Positions 44,824-56,900 of a DNA stretch of 64,000 nucleotides are shown piece by piece. A model generated the notes under the pieces. It saw nothing but the letters and a program-made list of their open reading frames with translations, searched no databases and had not been told where the DNA came from. The stretch is from an uncultured Nitrospirales bacterium (GTDB lineage Bacteria > Hydrogenedentota > Hydrogenedentia > Hydrogenedentales > GCA-2746185), in assembly GCA_964467615.1 (NCBI GenBank), contig CAYXRK010000002.1, forward strand, positions 4,576 through 68,575, given 5' to 3'. Each line of letters begins with the position of its first letter. Within the stretch, counting starts at the first letter, position 1. The position numbers and the translations under genes were made by a program.

Positions 44824-46332
44824 GTGAAAAAACACACTGTCCGCGTTTACCCCTCCAAGAAAAATCTCGCGAAAGAGAACCAACTCGCGTGGAAGATCGC
44901 CGCGATGGCGACGGACAACGCGCCGATCGACGAGGCCTGCTGCGAGATGGTGATCAACCGTATCATCGACAACGCATCGGTGGCGCTCGCGGCGATCAAT
45001 CGCGAGCCTGTGGCAAACGCCCGGAGCCAGGCGCTCGCCCACCCGCGCAAGAAGGGCGCGACACTTTTCGGCGTGCATGCGGACGAGCGTTTCGACGCCG
45101 AGTGGGCGGCGTGGGCCAACGGGACCGCGGTACGCGAGTTGGATTTCCACGACACCTTCCTGGCAGCGGACTACTCGCATCCTGGAGACAACATTCCGCC
45201 GATTCTAGCGGTGGCCCAGCAAGTGGGGAAATCGGGCGCGGATCTTATTCGCGGCGCGCTCGTGGGTTACGAGACGCAGGTGAATTTGGTCAAGGCGATT
45301 TGTCTCCACAAACACAAGATCGATCACATCGCGCATCTCTGCCCCGCGCAAGCCGCCGGAATTGGCGCGCTGCTTGGGCTCGACACGGACACCGTGTATC
45401 AGGCGGTACAGCAGGCGGTGCATGTTTCCTTTACGACGCGCCAATCGCGCAAGGGAGAGATTTCGTCGTGGAAGGCCAATGCCCCCGCCCACGCCGGAAA
45501 GCTGGCGGTGGAGGCGGCGGATCGGACTATGCGGGGCGAAAAGGCGCCCTCGCCCATTTACGAGGGCGAGGACAGCGTTATCGCGTGGATGCTGGATGGT
45601 CCCGAGGCGGAGTATACGGTGCCGCTACCCGGACCGGGCGAACCAAAGCGGGCGATCTTGGAGACGTATACGAAAGAGCACTCGGCGGAATATCAGGCCC
45701 AGGCGCTGATCGATCTCGGCTTTCGGATGAAGACGAAAATCACAGACTTCGCCGGCATCGACAAAATCATATTGCACACCTCGCATCACACGCACTACGT
45801 GATTGGCACCGGCGCAAACGATCCGCAAAAGATGGATCCGAAGGCAAGCCGCGAGACGCTCGATCATTCGATCATGTATATCTTCGCGGTCGCGTTGCAG
45901 GACGGGCGCTGGCACCACGTGGACAGTTACGCACCCGAACGCGCCGGACGGCCGGACACCGTGGAACTATGGCGCAAGATCGAGACACGCGAGGACCCCG
46001 AGTGGACCGCGCGGTATCACGATACCGACCCGGCGCGAAAAGCCTTCGGCGCGCGCGTCGAGATTACATTCAAGAACGGCCAGAAGCTTGTGGACGAGAT
46101 GGCGGTCGCGAACGCACATTCGCTCGGCGCGAAGCCCTTCCAACGCGACGACTACATTCGAAAATTTCGCACGCTCACTTCCGACGTGATTTCCGAGGGC
46201 GAGTCCGAAAGATTTCTGGGTCTCGTGCAAAGTTTGCCTCATTTGAGCGCCGACGAGCTTGCGGGCTTGAACCCCGTCGCGCCCCCAGGAAACCTCAAGC
46301 GTTCGACGCGGGACACGCGGGGGATCTTTTAA
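44824..46332 (+). CDS. prpD: 2-methylcitrate dehydratase (MmgE/PrpD family)
   Basis: [50 protein letters not shown]. Confidence 0.92.
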   Translation: MKKHTVRVYPSKKNLAKENQLAWKIAAMATDNAPIDEACCEMVINRIIDNASVALAAINREPVANARSQALAHPRKKGATLFGVHADERFDAEWAAWANGTAVRELDFHDTFLAADYSHPGDNIPPILAVAQQVGKSGADLIRGALVGYETQVNLVKAICLHKHKIDHIAHLCPAQAAGIGALLGLDTDTVYQAVQQAVHVSFTTRQSRKGEISSWKANAPAHAGKLAVEAADRTMRGEKAPSPIYEGEDSVIAWMLDGPEAEYTVPLPGPGEPKRAILETYTKEHSAEYQAQALIDLGFRMKTKITDFAGIDKIILHTSHHTHYVIGTGANDPQKMDPKASRETLDHSIMYIFAVALQDGRWHHVDSYAPERAGRPDTVELWRKIETREDPEWTARYHDTDPARKAFGARVEITFKNGQKLVDEMAVANAHSLGAKPFQRDDYIRKFRTLTSDVISEGESERFLGLVQSLPHLSADELAGLNPVAPPGNLKRSTRDTRGIF

Positions 46333-46485
46333 CGCGGCGTCCCGGGCATTGACGCAGTCACTACGGCGGAATAAGCTAGGAGCGAACATGACGCCCTGAC
46401 ACCGATGCGCTTTCCCCCGCCCCCGATTCTTCTAACGCGCCGACGCCAAACGCCGGCCGATCTGTTACGCCAGGGCCCCTCGTGG

Positions 46486-47166
46486 ATGAAGCCGGCACTA
46501 CGTATCGCGGCGTTGTGCGTCGTCGCGTGCCTCCCCAACTGTTCGCCCGCGCCCAAAGCCGCTCCCGCGGAACGGCCCGACGTTCACGGCATGACTGCGG
46601 TCCACAAGGCGGCCCGCGCCAACGACGCCGCCGAGCTCAAGCGACTCCTCTACGAGGAAAAGGCGGACCCAAACCTGCTGGACGGCGACGGGGTGGCGCC
46701 GTTGCACCGAGCGGCGCGCGACGGATTCATGGACATCGTACTGCTGCTGCTGGCTTACGGCGCGCGGCCGGATCTCAAGACCAATACCGGCTGGACACCC
46801 GTCCAACTCGCGGCGCGGCAAGGGCGGACCGATATCGTCCGCCTATTGATTGACAAGGGAGCGGACATTAAGGGCCACGCCCCGAACTCGATGACGCTGT
46901 CTCAGTTGGCGATCAAGCGTGGCAATACGGACGTGCTTAACCTGCTGCTTTTGAACGGCGCCGACGTAAACGAACGTCTTTCCGGCGGCGACACGTATAT
47001 GCACACTGCGGTGCGAGGGAACGATTTCGAGTTGGTGAACACCTTATTGGCGCATCAGGCCGATCTGACACTCACGAACGACGAAGGCGAAACGCCGTAC
47101 GCGCTTGCGTACAAACTGGGTCACGAGGCCATTGTGAACGCGCTTTGGAGGGCCGGCGGAAAATGA
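46486..47166 (+). CDS. Ankyrin repeat protein, probable lipoprotein
   Basis: TAVHKAA, APLHRAA, TPVQLAA, TYMHTAV, TPYALA repeats; N-terminal hydrophobic stretch ending LPNC; start moved to ATG 46486. Confidence 0.85.
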   Translation: MKPALRIAALCVVACLPNCSPAPKAAPAERPDVHGMTAVHKAARANDAAELKRLLYEEKADPNLLDGDGVAPLHRAARDGFMDIVLLLLAYGARPDLKTNTGWTPVQLAARQGRTDIVRLLIDKGADIKGHAPNSMTLSQLAIKRGNTDVLNLLLLNGADVNERLSGGDTYMHTAVRGNDFELVNTLLAHQADLTLTNDEGETPYALAYKLGHEAIVNALWRAGGK

Positions 47167-47903
47167 GGGCGCTTGAGGGAAAGACCGCGCTCGTGACCGG
47201 GGCCGCGAAACGGCTGGGCCGCGCGACCGCCCTAGTGCTCGCGGAACATGGCGCAAACGTCGTCGTCCACTACAACCGGTCGGTCGAAGAAGCCGATTCG
47301 ACAGCCAACGGAATTCGCGAGCACGGCGTTTTGTCGTGGACCCTGCCTGCGGACCTCGGCCAACCCGCGGAAGCGGCGCGCTTAATGCAGCGGGCCGCCG
47401 AAGAGACCGGGGGCGTGGATATCCTGATCAACAGCGCATCAATTTTTCCGGCGGACCGGCTGATCGACGTATCGCTCGAAAGCTTCGAAAAGAACTTCAG
47501 ACTGAATACGTTCTCCCCCCTGGAAATGTGCCGTGAATTCGCTAAACAGGGACGAGGCGGCGCCATCGTGAATTTCCTGGACACGCGAATCTTGGACTAC
47601 GACCGCGAACACATGTCGTATCACTTGAGCAAACGGGCCCTATTTACCTTGACCCGCGCGATGGCCCAGGAATTTGCCCCATCCATCCGCGTAAATGCGG
47701 TCGCGCCCGGACTCGTGCTCCCGCCCGCCGGTAAGGACCAGTCCTATCTGGATGCCTTGGCGCACACAAACCCGCTTCAGTCGCATGGCTCGGCTGAAGA
47801 CGTGGCCGCAGCGGTATTATTTCTGGTGACGAACCCCTTCGTCACCGGACAGGTCATCTACGTCGACGGTGGCCGACACATGCTGGGCGGGGTGTATCAC
47901 TAA
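47163..47903 (+). CDS. SDR family oxidoreductase (FolM/pteridine reductase-like)
   Basis: TGAAKRLG, VHYNRS, LINSAS, YHLSK (YxxxK), VNAVAPG; ATGA overlap. Confidence 0.9.
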   Translation: MRALEGKTALVTGAAKRLGRATALVLAEHGANVVVHYNRSVEEADSTANGIREHGVLSWTLPADLGQPAEAARLMQRAAEETGGVDILINSASIFPADRLIDVSLESFEKNFRLNTFSPLEMCREFAKQGRGGAIVNFLDTRILDYDREHMSYHLSKRALFTLTRAMAQEFAPSIRVNAVAPGLVLPPAGKDQSYLDALAHTNPLQSHGSAEDVAAAVLFLVTNPFVTGQVIYVDGGRHMLGGVYH

Positions 47904-47917
47904 ACCCGGGACCGACG

Positions 47918-47953
47918 AAAAGAGGCGCGCCCAGGCGTAAACCTGGACGCGCC
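47918..47953 (-). terminator. Rho-independent terminator of the giant surface-protein gene
   Basis: Minus strand GGCGCGTCCAGG-TTTACG-CCTGGGCGCGCC followed by TCTTTT, 22 nt after the stop. Confidence 0.7.
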
Positions 47954-47974
47954 GCCAAGTCCCAAGTCTGGTTG

Positions 47975-50900
47975 CTAAACCCTGCGTTGCCGCCGCCGGA
48001 GCAGGCACAATGCCGCGGCCGCAGCCAACGCCAGCGCAATATCGCCGGGATGCGAAGATCCACCCGCGACGCCAGAGGCCGCACAGCCTGTTGTCGTGCT
48101 CAACGCCGTGCCTGTGACGGTGATGTTCGCGCCGCCGCCGCCGGTCAGAGTCAATACACGGTTGAAATCTCCGGCGGCACCCGGCGCGAAACGAACCACG
48201 ACTTCGTGCGCAGGACCGCCCGGAGCAATGCTATAGCTGCCGCCCGATACGATGCTGAACGGCGCCGAAACACCGGCGACGCCTTCGAGCAGCGCGTCAC
48301 CTACGTTCGACACGCTAAGGGTCAATTCGCCGTCGCTGCCCACGGGGACCTCGCCGAAGGCAAGCCCGTTCGGCGTCGCTTGCAGTACCGCCCCCAACGG
48401 ACGGTTGAACGGCGCCACTAACGACAAGGCGACCAAGTCAGCCTCCACCACACTGGCAGATACGCCCGCGTTGGCGACCTTGTCGGTGGTCCATTCCCCG
48501 GCTTCGCCGGCAATCTGCACACCGCTCGAATCGGTCGTAACATTGGACGGATGCGTAAACACTTGCTCAGTGCCGCCAGCCGACACGCCAACGCCGGAAA
48601 TCATGTAATGGACGGGGTTGGCCTCGACTCGCGCGTCGTCTACTTCCGCAAACGTCGCGCCGCCGTCATTGCTTATCAACACGGTGACCTCGGCATACTG
48701 ACCGTCGACGATCAGCCCGCTTGACGGCTGCTCGCCTAGCAGCGCAGCCTGATCGACGCCTAACAACGTATCGAGATCATCCGCCACCAACAAGATGAGG
48801 ATCGCGTCTTCGCCGTCTTCGACGAGGGCCCGCGGCGCTTCCACCGTCACGACAACTCCTTCAATCGTCGGACTTTCGACCGACATCGTGACCGATCCCT
48901 CATCCGTTTGTTTCTTATTCCTATTAAACTTGGTCGCACCCACGGCCTTGCCCTTGCCGGTGCTCGTTTCCGTGACGGTCGTGGTCCAAGTATCGCCCGT
49001 GGTCGGTAGCGCCGCAAACGGATCGTCCGGAATACCGTTCAAGTCGGTATCCGTAGTGGCGGCCGCAACGGTGACCGTGAACGCGATCTGCGCTTGGAAC
49101 GATAGCGCCGGAGCGCTCAGACTTTCCGCGGTGGCCACGACCACGTGGGTGCCTGCGCCCGCGATAGCGAGAAGATCACTAATGGTGACCGCGTAAGGAG
49201 GAGCATCGGCCATACCGACGCCTGCGCCGTCAAGCGTATACGAAACCAGAAGCGTGTCCTCCGGGCAATCGACTTCCGACAGGATGGTAAGCGTCTGCGC
49301 CGGGGCGTTCGCGTCGATGAAAATGGTCGCGCCGTCCGGCGGTCCCGTTATCGCCACAGAGCCAAGTACGCAACCGCTGGACTGCAATGTCACCGCCCCA
49401 TCGGTACTAGTCGAAACGGAATTGCGGTTACCCGCGGCGTCCTCTGCCGCGTTGGCGCGAACGGCGACGCCAATCACACCCTCGGTTTCCGCCTGGACGA
49501 CTGAGATTGTGTACGTGTCCCCGGAGCCGGAAATCGAAAGGACGACTCCTGTCACGGAGCCTCCGACGACGACGTCCGACGCGTCGAATCCTGTAACAGG
49601 TTCGCTAAACGAGACCCGGAAATTGATCGGCAGGGCGACCGCCGGATCCTGTTGGTCGGCCGCTTGATTTACTACTACGGAGGGCGCCTCGTTATCGACG
49701 ACGACAACTGCGCTCGGTGCCGACGCGGGTGCGCCATTACCGGCGGTGTCCGTCGCCGTGCCTGCCAGCACGCTCACGCCCAGCGTGCCACTTCCGCTAA
49801 TGTTCGTCAGCGTCACCGTGCGCTCGGTCAGGCCGCTGCCAGAGACAAGCACCGTAGCATCTGCAGAGCCCGTCTTGTCCACCACAACATCGCCGGTGCC
49901 TAGCGTGATCACGGTGGCGTCCGTGTATGTCACTGTGTACGTGACAGGAAGATTTGTTGTGGCTGGCAGCGACGGCCCGCTAATCGAAACCTGTGGCGCG
50001 CTGGCGTCCACGATGAACGTCGCGCTCGTGGCCCCAGGTGCTTGTTCGCCGACGAGATCGGTGGCCGTTCCCTCAGCGATCGTAATGCCCAGAGAACCTT
50101 GACCGCTAATATTGGAAACCGTCACGGTACGAGTGTTCTTGCCCGAACCACTCACCGCGATTTCGCCCGACGCCGTGCCGGTGGCGTTAAGCGTAATGTC
50201 GGCTGGCGACAGCGTAATCGTCTCCGCCCCGACGTAGCTGACGGTAAACGATACCGGCCCCGTCTGCGTGACCCCCGTCGATGGAGGAGACACCTGCATG
50301 CTCAACGGTGAGTTGTCGACGACAAAGGTCGCGCTCGCCGTCGCGGCAACCGCCGGGTTTCCAACAAGGTCGGTGGCCGTGTTCGCGGCTATCGCAACCG
50401 CAAGCGTCCCATCGCCGATAATGTTGCTAATCGTAACGATCCGCTGCATCGAGCCGGAACCGGACACGCCAATTTCGCCGAATGCGTCGCCCGTCGCTAT
50501 CAACTGTATGTCGCTTGGCGAAAGTGTGATGCTGTTCGCCTCAATGTAGGAGACAACAAACTCGACAGGGCCGTTTTCGGTCCCCGATAGACTTGGCGGA
50601 CCGATACCGAACGATGGCGGCGTGTTGTCAATCGTGTACTCGGCGCTCGACAGATTACTCACTTCCAATTGGTTTCCCACCACATCAAACACGTTGGTCC
50701 CGATCGTAATGCCCAGCGTCCCGTCGGCATCCTCGTCTAACGGCGTGATCGCTACCGTGTACGTATCGCCCGACCCGGTGAGAGAAATCGGATCAATCGC
50801 GTTGGAAAGTGTGCCTGTCACCGTAATGTCGGCCGTGGTAAACGAGTCGACTATCGCTTCGGTAAATTTCACACCGTACGAAACCGATTCCGCGTTCGTC

Positions 50901-53900
50901 CGCGCGGAATTGTTGGACGTAATACCGCTGACCAGCGGCGCCGCGTTGTCTACACGCAATATAGCCTCATGGTTCGTCGCTTCCGCCGACAGGTTCCCCA
51001 ACGCGTCCCGCGCGGTGCCCGCGGCGATGAACAACGTAATCGGCCCATTGCCAGTTAGGTTGGTCAGCACAATGGTCCGTTCCTGCGGACCGGTCTCCTC
51101 GATTCGAAAATCAGCCGTGGGAACGTCCGGATTGTTGTCGAACGGCGGAAACGCTTGAACGCCCTTCGCATCACCGGAATCGGTCGTATCCGTGGTATTC
51201 GAAACCGGATCGATCGGGCGGCCCTGGAAATCGTCGATGGACTCAGCGACGATCCGAACCTCTTCCTCGCTGAGCGTAATCTCGTCGCTCCCAGGGTACT
51301 GGATGACAAAACGTACTTCCGTATCGAATTTTGCTATCGATGGATCGGGTGACGCGATGATTACTTCCGGAGCTTCTCGGTCGATGTCAAAGTGCTCTCC
51401 CTCCGTAAAGTCGCCGTTGTTTGCGCCGGGACCGCCGAGCGGGTTCCCGACAGAGTCCACGATTGAATCGTCGTCGACCACCGTCAGGAGGAGCGTCCCG
51501 TCGCCTGCGCCTGCGTCGACCGTCACATCGTAGACCGCGCCGCTTCCGCTGACCATAGTCACTACGGAGGAAGAAACCAATTTCCCATCGTCGGACTCGA
51601 CGGCGAAGTCAGCAAAGGGCGGTCCGATATCCACGCCAGAAACCGATTCGGTGAAGGTCACGCGGAAGTGGACTTCCGTAGCGGCAGTAGGCGTCAGATC
51701 CAGAATGGCGATTGATTCCACCAACGGGTCTAGCGTGTCGACCTCGCGATCAAACACTTCAGACGCGCTGTTCTGATTTCCGGCCAAGTCGACAACCGAA
51801 TTGGCGGCGACCTGTGCGGACACCGCACCCTGCCCGGCAGGATTCAGGAAGAAGGAAAAACTAGATGGTGTGAGCGGGATCAACGAACTCGCTGTCGCGT
51901 TCGTTGTGATGATATCGGCCAGCGTGAAGTCGGCGACGGCTTCATTGAATGTCACCGCCACAGGAATGGTAGACGCGCCGGTGAGCTGAGGTTCGGTCGA
52001 CGAGAGAACCACCGTTGGACCAGTCACGTCGTAAGCACGGCTGAATTGCGGGGCCGCCAAGTTCCCGTTTCCGATCGTGTCCAAGGCCGCGTCGGCGGGA
52101 ACATCGACCGTCACGGGCCCTTCGGCGGAAGGCGCCAAATCGAAAGTGTATTCCATCGCGCTGACAGGCGTGAAATTCGATGCCGTGCCGTTCGATATGA
52201 ACATATCGGCCTGCGTAAATCCGGTAACGGCTTCGTTGAACGTGACGGTAATATCGAAAGTCGAATCGCTCGTCGGGTCAGCTACACTCGAAGAAATGAC
52301 GACTTCGGGCGAAGCGCCCACAAAGGTGCGCAGGAACTGATCCGCGGCCCCATTCGCATTGCCCGCGGTATCGTTCGCGGCACCCGCGGGCAAATCGATC
52401 GTCATAACGGTGGGCTCGCTTAGCGGAACGAGTTCCAATGTGTAGACGTCGCCTGATTGCACCGCGAAATTCGCGATCGTCGCGCCACTAATCACAAGGT
52501 CGCTCTGATCGAAGCCCGTGACGTTTTCGCTGAACGTCACGGTCACATCGGTCGTCGGATTTCCCGTCGGTTCGGGCTGTGTGCTCGATATAAGGACATC
52601 CGGCGCCACGGAGTCGTAAACGCGTGTAAATACGGCCGAATCGACATTGCCATTGTTCGCGGCATCTAACGAACGGTTCGCGGCTATGACCGCGGAGACC
52701 GTTCCTTCGCCCTGAGGAACGAGATCGAACGTGTAAACGGCGCCCGATCCCGCAAAGTTAGAAACTGTGGCGTTCGAAGACGTAATGTCGATCGCCGTAA
52801 AGCCGGTCACGGATTCAGAATAGGTCACCGTAACAGGGACGCTGGCCGCGTTCGTGGGATCGGATACGCCGGAACTCAGCGTGACGTTCGGGGCGACGCT
52901 GTCAAAGGTCCTGCTCAACGCTGCCGCCGCAGTACTCGCGTTGCCTGCGTTGTCGAGCGCGGCCCCGCCCGCTACATCCGCGGAAACCACACCTTGGCCT
53001 GAAGGCACGAGGCTGAACGTATAGACCGCGCCGGACCCCTCAAACCCGGTCACAGCCGCGTTCGTCGGCGCGACGTCAGTCGACAGGAAGTCAGTCACGG
53101 GCTCGCTAAACGTCGCCGTGACCGTGATCGGGGAAATATTCGTCGGGCTGCCCAGCGCGGATGAGAGCACGAGTGAAGGCGCCTGACTGTCGTACGTGCG
53201 GCTAAACGTCGCGGCAGCCGTATTGGCGTTCGCCGCCGCATCGATCGCCACGCCGCCCGTAATGTCCGCCGTAATGTCTCCGTCGGAGGTTGGCGTCAAA
53301 TCAAACGTGTACGTCGAACCGGCGCCCGCGAAGTTAGACACGGTCGCGTTACCTGCTGTGATCTCGCCCGCCGTGAAACCGGTCACGCTCTCGCTGAACG
53401 ACACGGCCACCTCAATCGGGGCCGTATTCGTGATGGCCGGGGCCGAACTCGTCATCGTTACTTCGGGGCCGCCGCTATCGAATGTAACTTCGATGCGATT
53501 GGACAGCGTATTACCATTGCCCGCGGAGTCCTGGGCCGATGCGGCTGAAGCCTCGACCGTTACGACACCGTCGCCCGAAGGCGTTGCGTTAAACGTGTAA
53601 ACCGTCGCGCTCTGGGGGACGAAGTTTCCGATTGCGGCATTTGTAACGGCGATTTCGCCCGCGGTCAATCCGGTGACGGCCTCGCTAAAGGTGGCGGTGA
53701 CCGCGATGGGCTGAGTATTCGTCGGATCGGAAGAGCTGGTGCTCAATACCACGGTGGGGGGTGAAAGATCCACGGTACGGATAAGCGCCGCGCCCGCCGC
53801 CGCGTTCAAGTTGCCCGCGATGTCCTGCGCTACACTGCCCGCCACGTTGACCGTTATCGCTACGTTGTTGCCGGAAGGCGTTACGCCGAAGGAAAACTCC

Positions 53901-56900
53901 GAACTACTTTCGCTCGTAAACCCAGTCAATGTTCCGTTGGTTACGGACACATCACTCGACGTGAAACCCGTCACGGGTTCCGTAAACATCACGGTTACGG
54001 GAACGGGATTCGCGCTCGTCGGGTCCCCGGCCGGGGAAGTGATCGTCACGCCCGGATTGGTGCTATCGAAAGTACGGCTCAACGTTCCCGACTCGGAGTT
54101 GCCATTGGCCGCGCTGTCCTGCGCCGCGTTTGGTCCGACCTCGGCGGTAACTGGGCCCTGTCCAACCGGCGCCAGATTGACACTGTAACTTGCGCCTGAC
54201 CCGCTGAATCCGCTCTTTGTCGCGTTCGTGACGATAATATCCCCAATTGCGAATCCGGTAACGGGTTCGCTGAACGTAATCGTCAACGGTATCGGATTCG
54301 TGTTAGCCGGCGAATTCGCCGATACCGCCGAAGTCAACGCTACTGTAGGCGCAGTGTCGTCGAACGTGCGCGAAAGCTGGGCCGCGGCCGTATTCGTGTT
54401 ACCCGCCGCGTCTACCGCTCGCCCTCCAGCCACGTTCACAGTCACCTCGCCATCGGTCGCGGGCACTACGTGGAACGAATAGTTCGCGCCGGATCCCGCG
54501 AAATTGCTCAGCGATCCATTGCCAATTACGACATCGCTCGATACGAATTCGGTGACGATTTGGCTAAACGTTACGGTCACCGGAATGGGTGAGGTCTTGG
54601 TCGGATTGCCGGCCGTGGACGCGAGCACCGTCCCTGGGCGTGTACCGTCGAATGTGTTCGCCGCGGTGTTGGACGCAGTGTTTCCGTTTCCGGCGTCATC
54701 CGTCACTACGCCGCCCGCGAGAGAGACGCTTACGACACCGTCGGCCGCGGGCGTGATTTGCATGCTCCATTTGTCCGGCGTCAACTGAGTAAACCCGAAG
54801 ACGCTTCCATTGCCGACCGTCACGTCACCTTGCGCGAACCCGCTGACGCTTTCGCTGTATTGAATATCGAACGTCAAGGGATTCTCGTTCGTTGGGTTTG
54901 AATCGATTGGGGTCACTGTGACCGACGGAGCACTTCCGTCAAAAACGCGGCTGAATTGGCTGCTCGCGGCGTTCCCGTTGGCCGCGCTGTCCGTCGCGGC
55001 GCCGGCGGAAATGACTGCCGTTGCCGCGCCGTCCGCGGTGGGCAACAAGTTATAGGAGTAGTTCGCGCCGCTGCCGCTGAATCCTCCCACGGTCGCGTTC
55101 GACGTTTGGATGTCGCCGCTCGTGAAACCCGTGACGGACTCGCTGAAGGTGACCGTCACCGCGATCGAGGTAGAGCTTGTCGGATCGCCTTCTGCTGAAG
55201 TCATCGTTACGGTCGGGGCCTGACTATCAAACGCCCGGCTCAACTGACTAGCGGCCGAATTACCGTTTGCGGCGCTGTCCAGCGCAACACCTCCCGCTAC
55301 GTTGACCGTGACCGTACCAACCGCCACGGTGGGAGTGGCGCTGAAGGTATATACGGTCGAGCTCTGCGTTTGGAAGTTCGAAAAAGTCGCGTTACCCGCC
55401 GTGATGTCGCCGATCGCGAAACCTGTCACTGCTTCGTTGAACGTCGCCGTTACCGGGATCGGAGAATTCTTGGTCGGATTAGAAGCGGTCGTCGTCAACG
55501 TAATGGTCGGCAGCGTGTTGTCGAACGTCCGGCTGAATTGCGCCGCCGCCACGTTCCCGTTCGTCGCGGTGTCCACCACAACACCCGCCGCGATATTTGC
55601 GGTGACCGCTCCCGGGGCAGTCGGCGCGATGTTGAAAGTAAAGCTGCTCCCGGTACCGCCAGCCGGAGACAGTGCCGACGCCGTCCCGTTTCCAACCACG
55701 ATATCGACCAACGCGAAGCCGGAAATGCTTTCGCTGAACGTGACCGTGACGGCGATCGGATTGCTGTTCGTCGGGTTTGCGGCCGCGGAAGACATCGAGA
55801 CCGTCGGAGCGGTGGCGTCAAATGTCCGGCTGAGCGCCGTCGCGGCGTTGTTCGTGTTGCCCGCCGAATCCTGCGCAACCCCGCCGGAAATGTTCACGGT
55901 AACTAACCCGTCGGCCGACGGAATAACGTTGAACACATACTGCGTGCCGCTGTTCGGCGTAAAATTCGTGACGTTGCCATTAGTGACGCTAATGTCCCCC
56001 GCCACAAATCCAGTCACCGACTCGGTGAAATTGGCGGTCACGGAGATTGGCGAGGTCTTTGTCGGGTTGGACGAGGCCGAGGTCATCGAAACGCTCGGCT
56101 TCGTGCCGTCGAATACGCGCGAGAATTGCGCCGCTGCAGTGTTGTTGTTTCCGGCCGCGTCTTGTGCTACGCCGCCTGCCACATCAACGGTAACTGTTCC
56201 CGCAGCCAAGTTCGTCAATTGAATTGAGTAGCTCGCGCCCGAACCGCTCAAACTGCCGACCGTCGCGCCCGACGCAACAATCTCGCCCAGTGTAAGTCCG
56301 GTCACTGCTTCGCTAAAAGTCAACAATACGGTAAGCGGACTGGAATTCGTCGGATTGGACGCGACAGACGACAGCGTCGCGGCAGGGCCCGTGCCGTCGG
56401 ATGTAATCGCGAATTGGCTGGCGGCCTGGTTTCCGTTCGCGGCCAAATCCTGCGCTACGCCGCCCGGGATGTCGACGGTCACTGTCCCGTCGACCGTAGG
56501 CGATACCGTAAACGTGTACGTCGACGCGTTGGTCACGGCGAAGGTGCCCACGGTCCCGTTCGAGGCCGTGATATCGCCTTGAGCGAATCCTGTCACCGCT
56601 TCACTGAACGTCGCCGTGAACGGTATCGGGGCCGTGCTCGTCGGGCTTGTTGCGCTCGATGTGATCGCGACCGTCGGCGCGGCGCTGTCGAACACAATGC
56701 TGAACTGTGACGCGGCGGTGTTGTTGTTCCCAGCAGTGTCCTGCGCGATGGATCCCGCGATGTTCGCCGTTACGGTCCCTTGGCCAGTCGGCGTTAAATT
56801 GAAACTGTACGATGCGCCCGATCCGCTGAATCCCCCAGCGGTGGCGTTGCCTGCCGCGATATCGCCGACGGCAAACCCTGTCACCGATTCGTTGAACGTA

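Noticed and set aside
44824-46332. A complete methylcitrate operon
   Set aside because: Only prpD is present; no prpB or prpC in the window.
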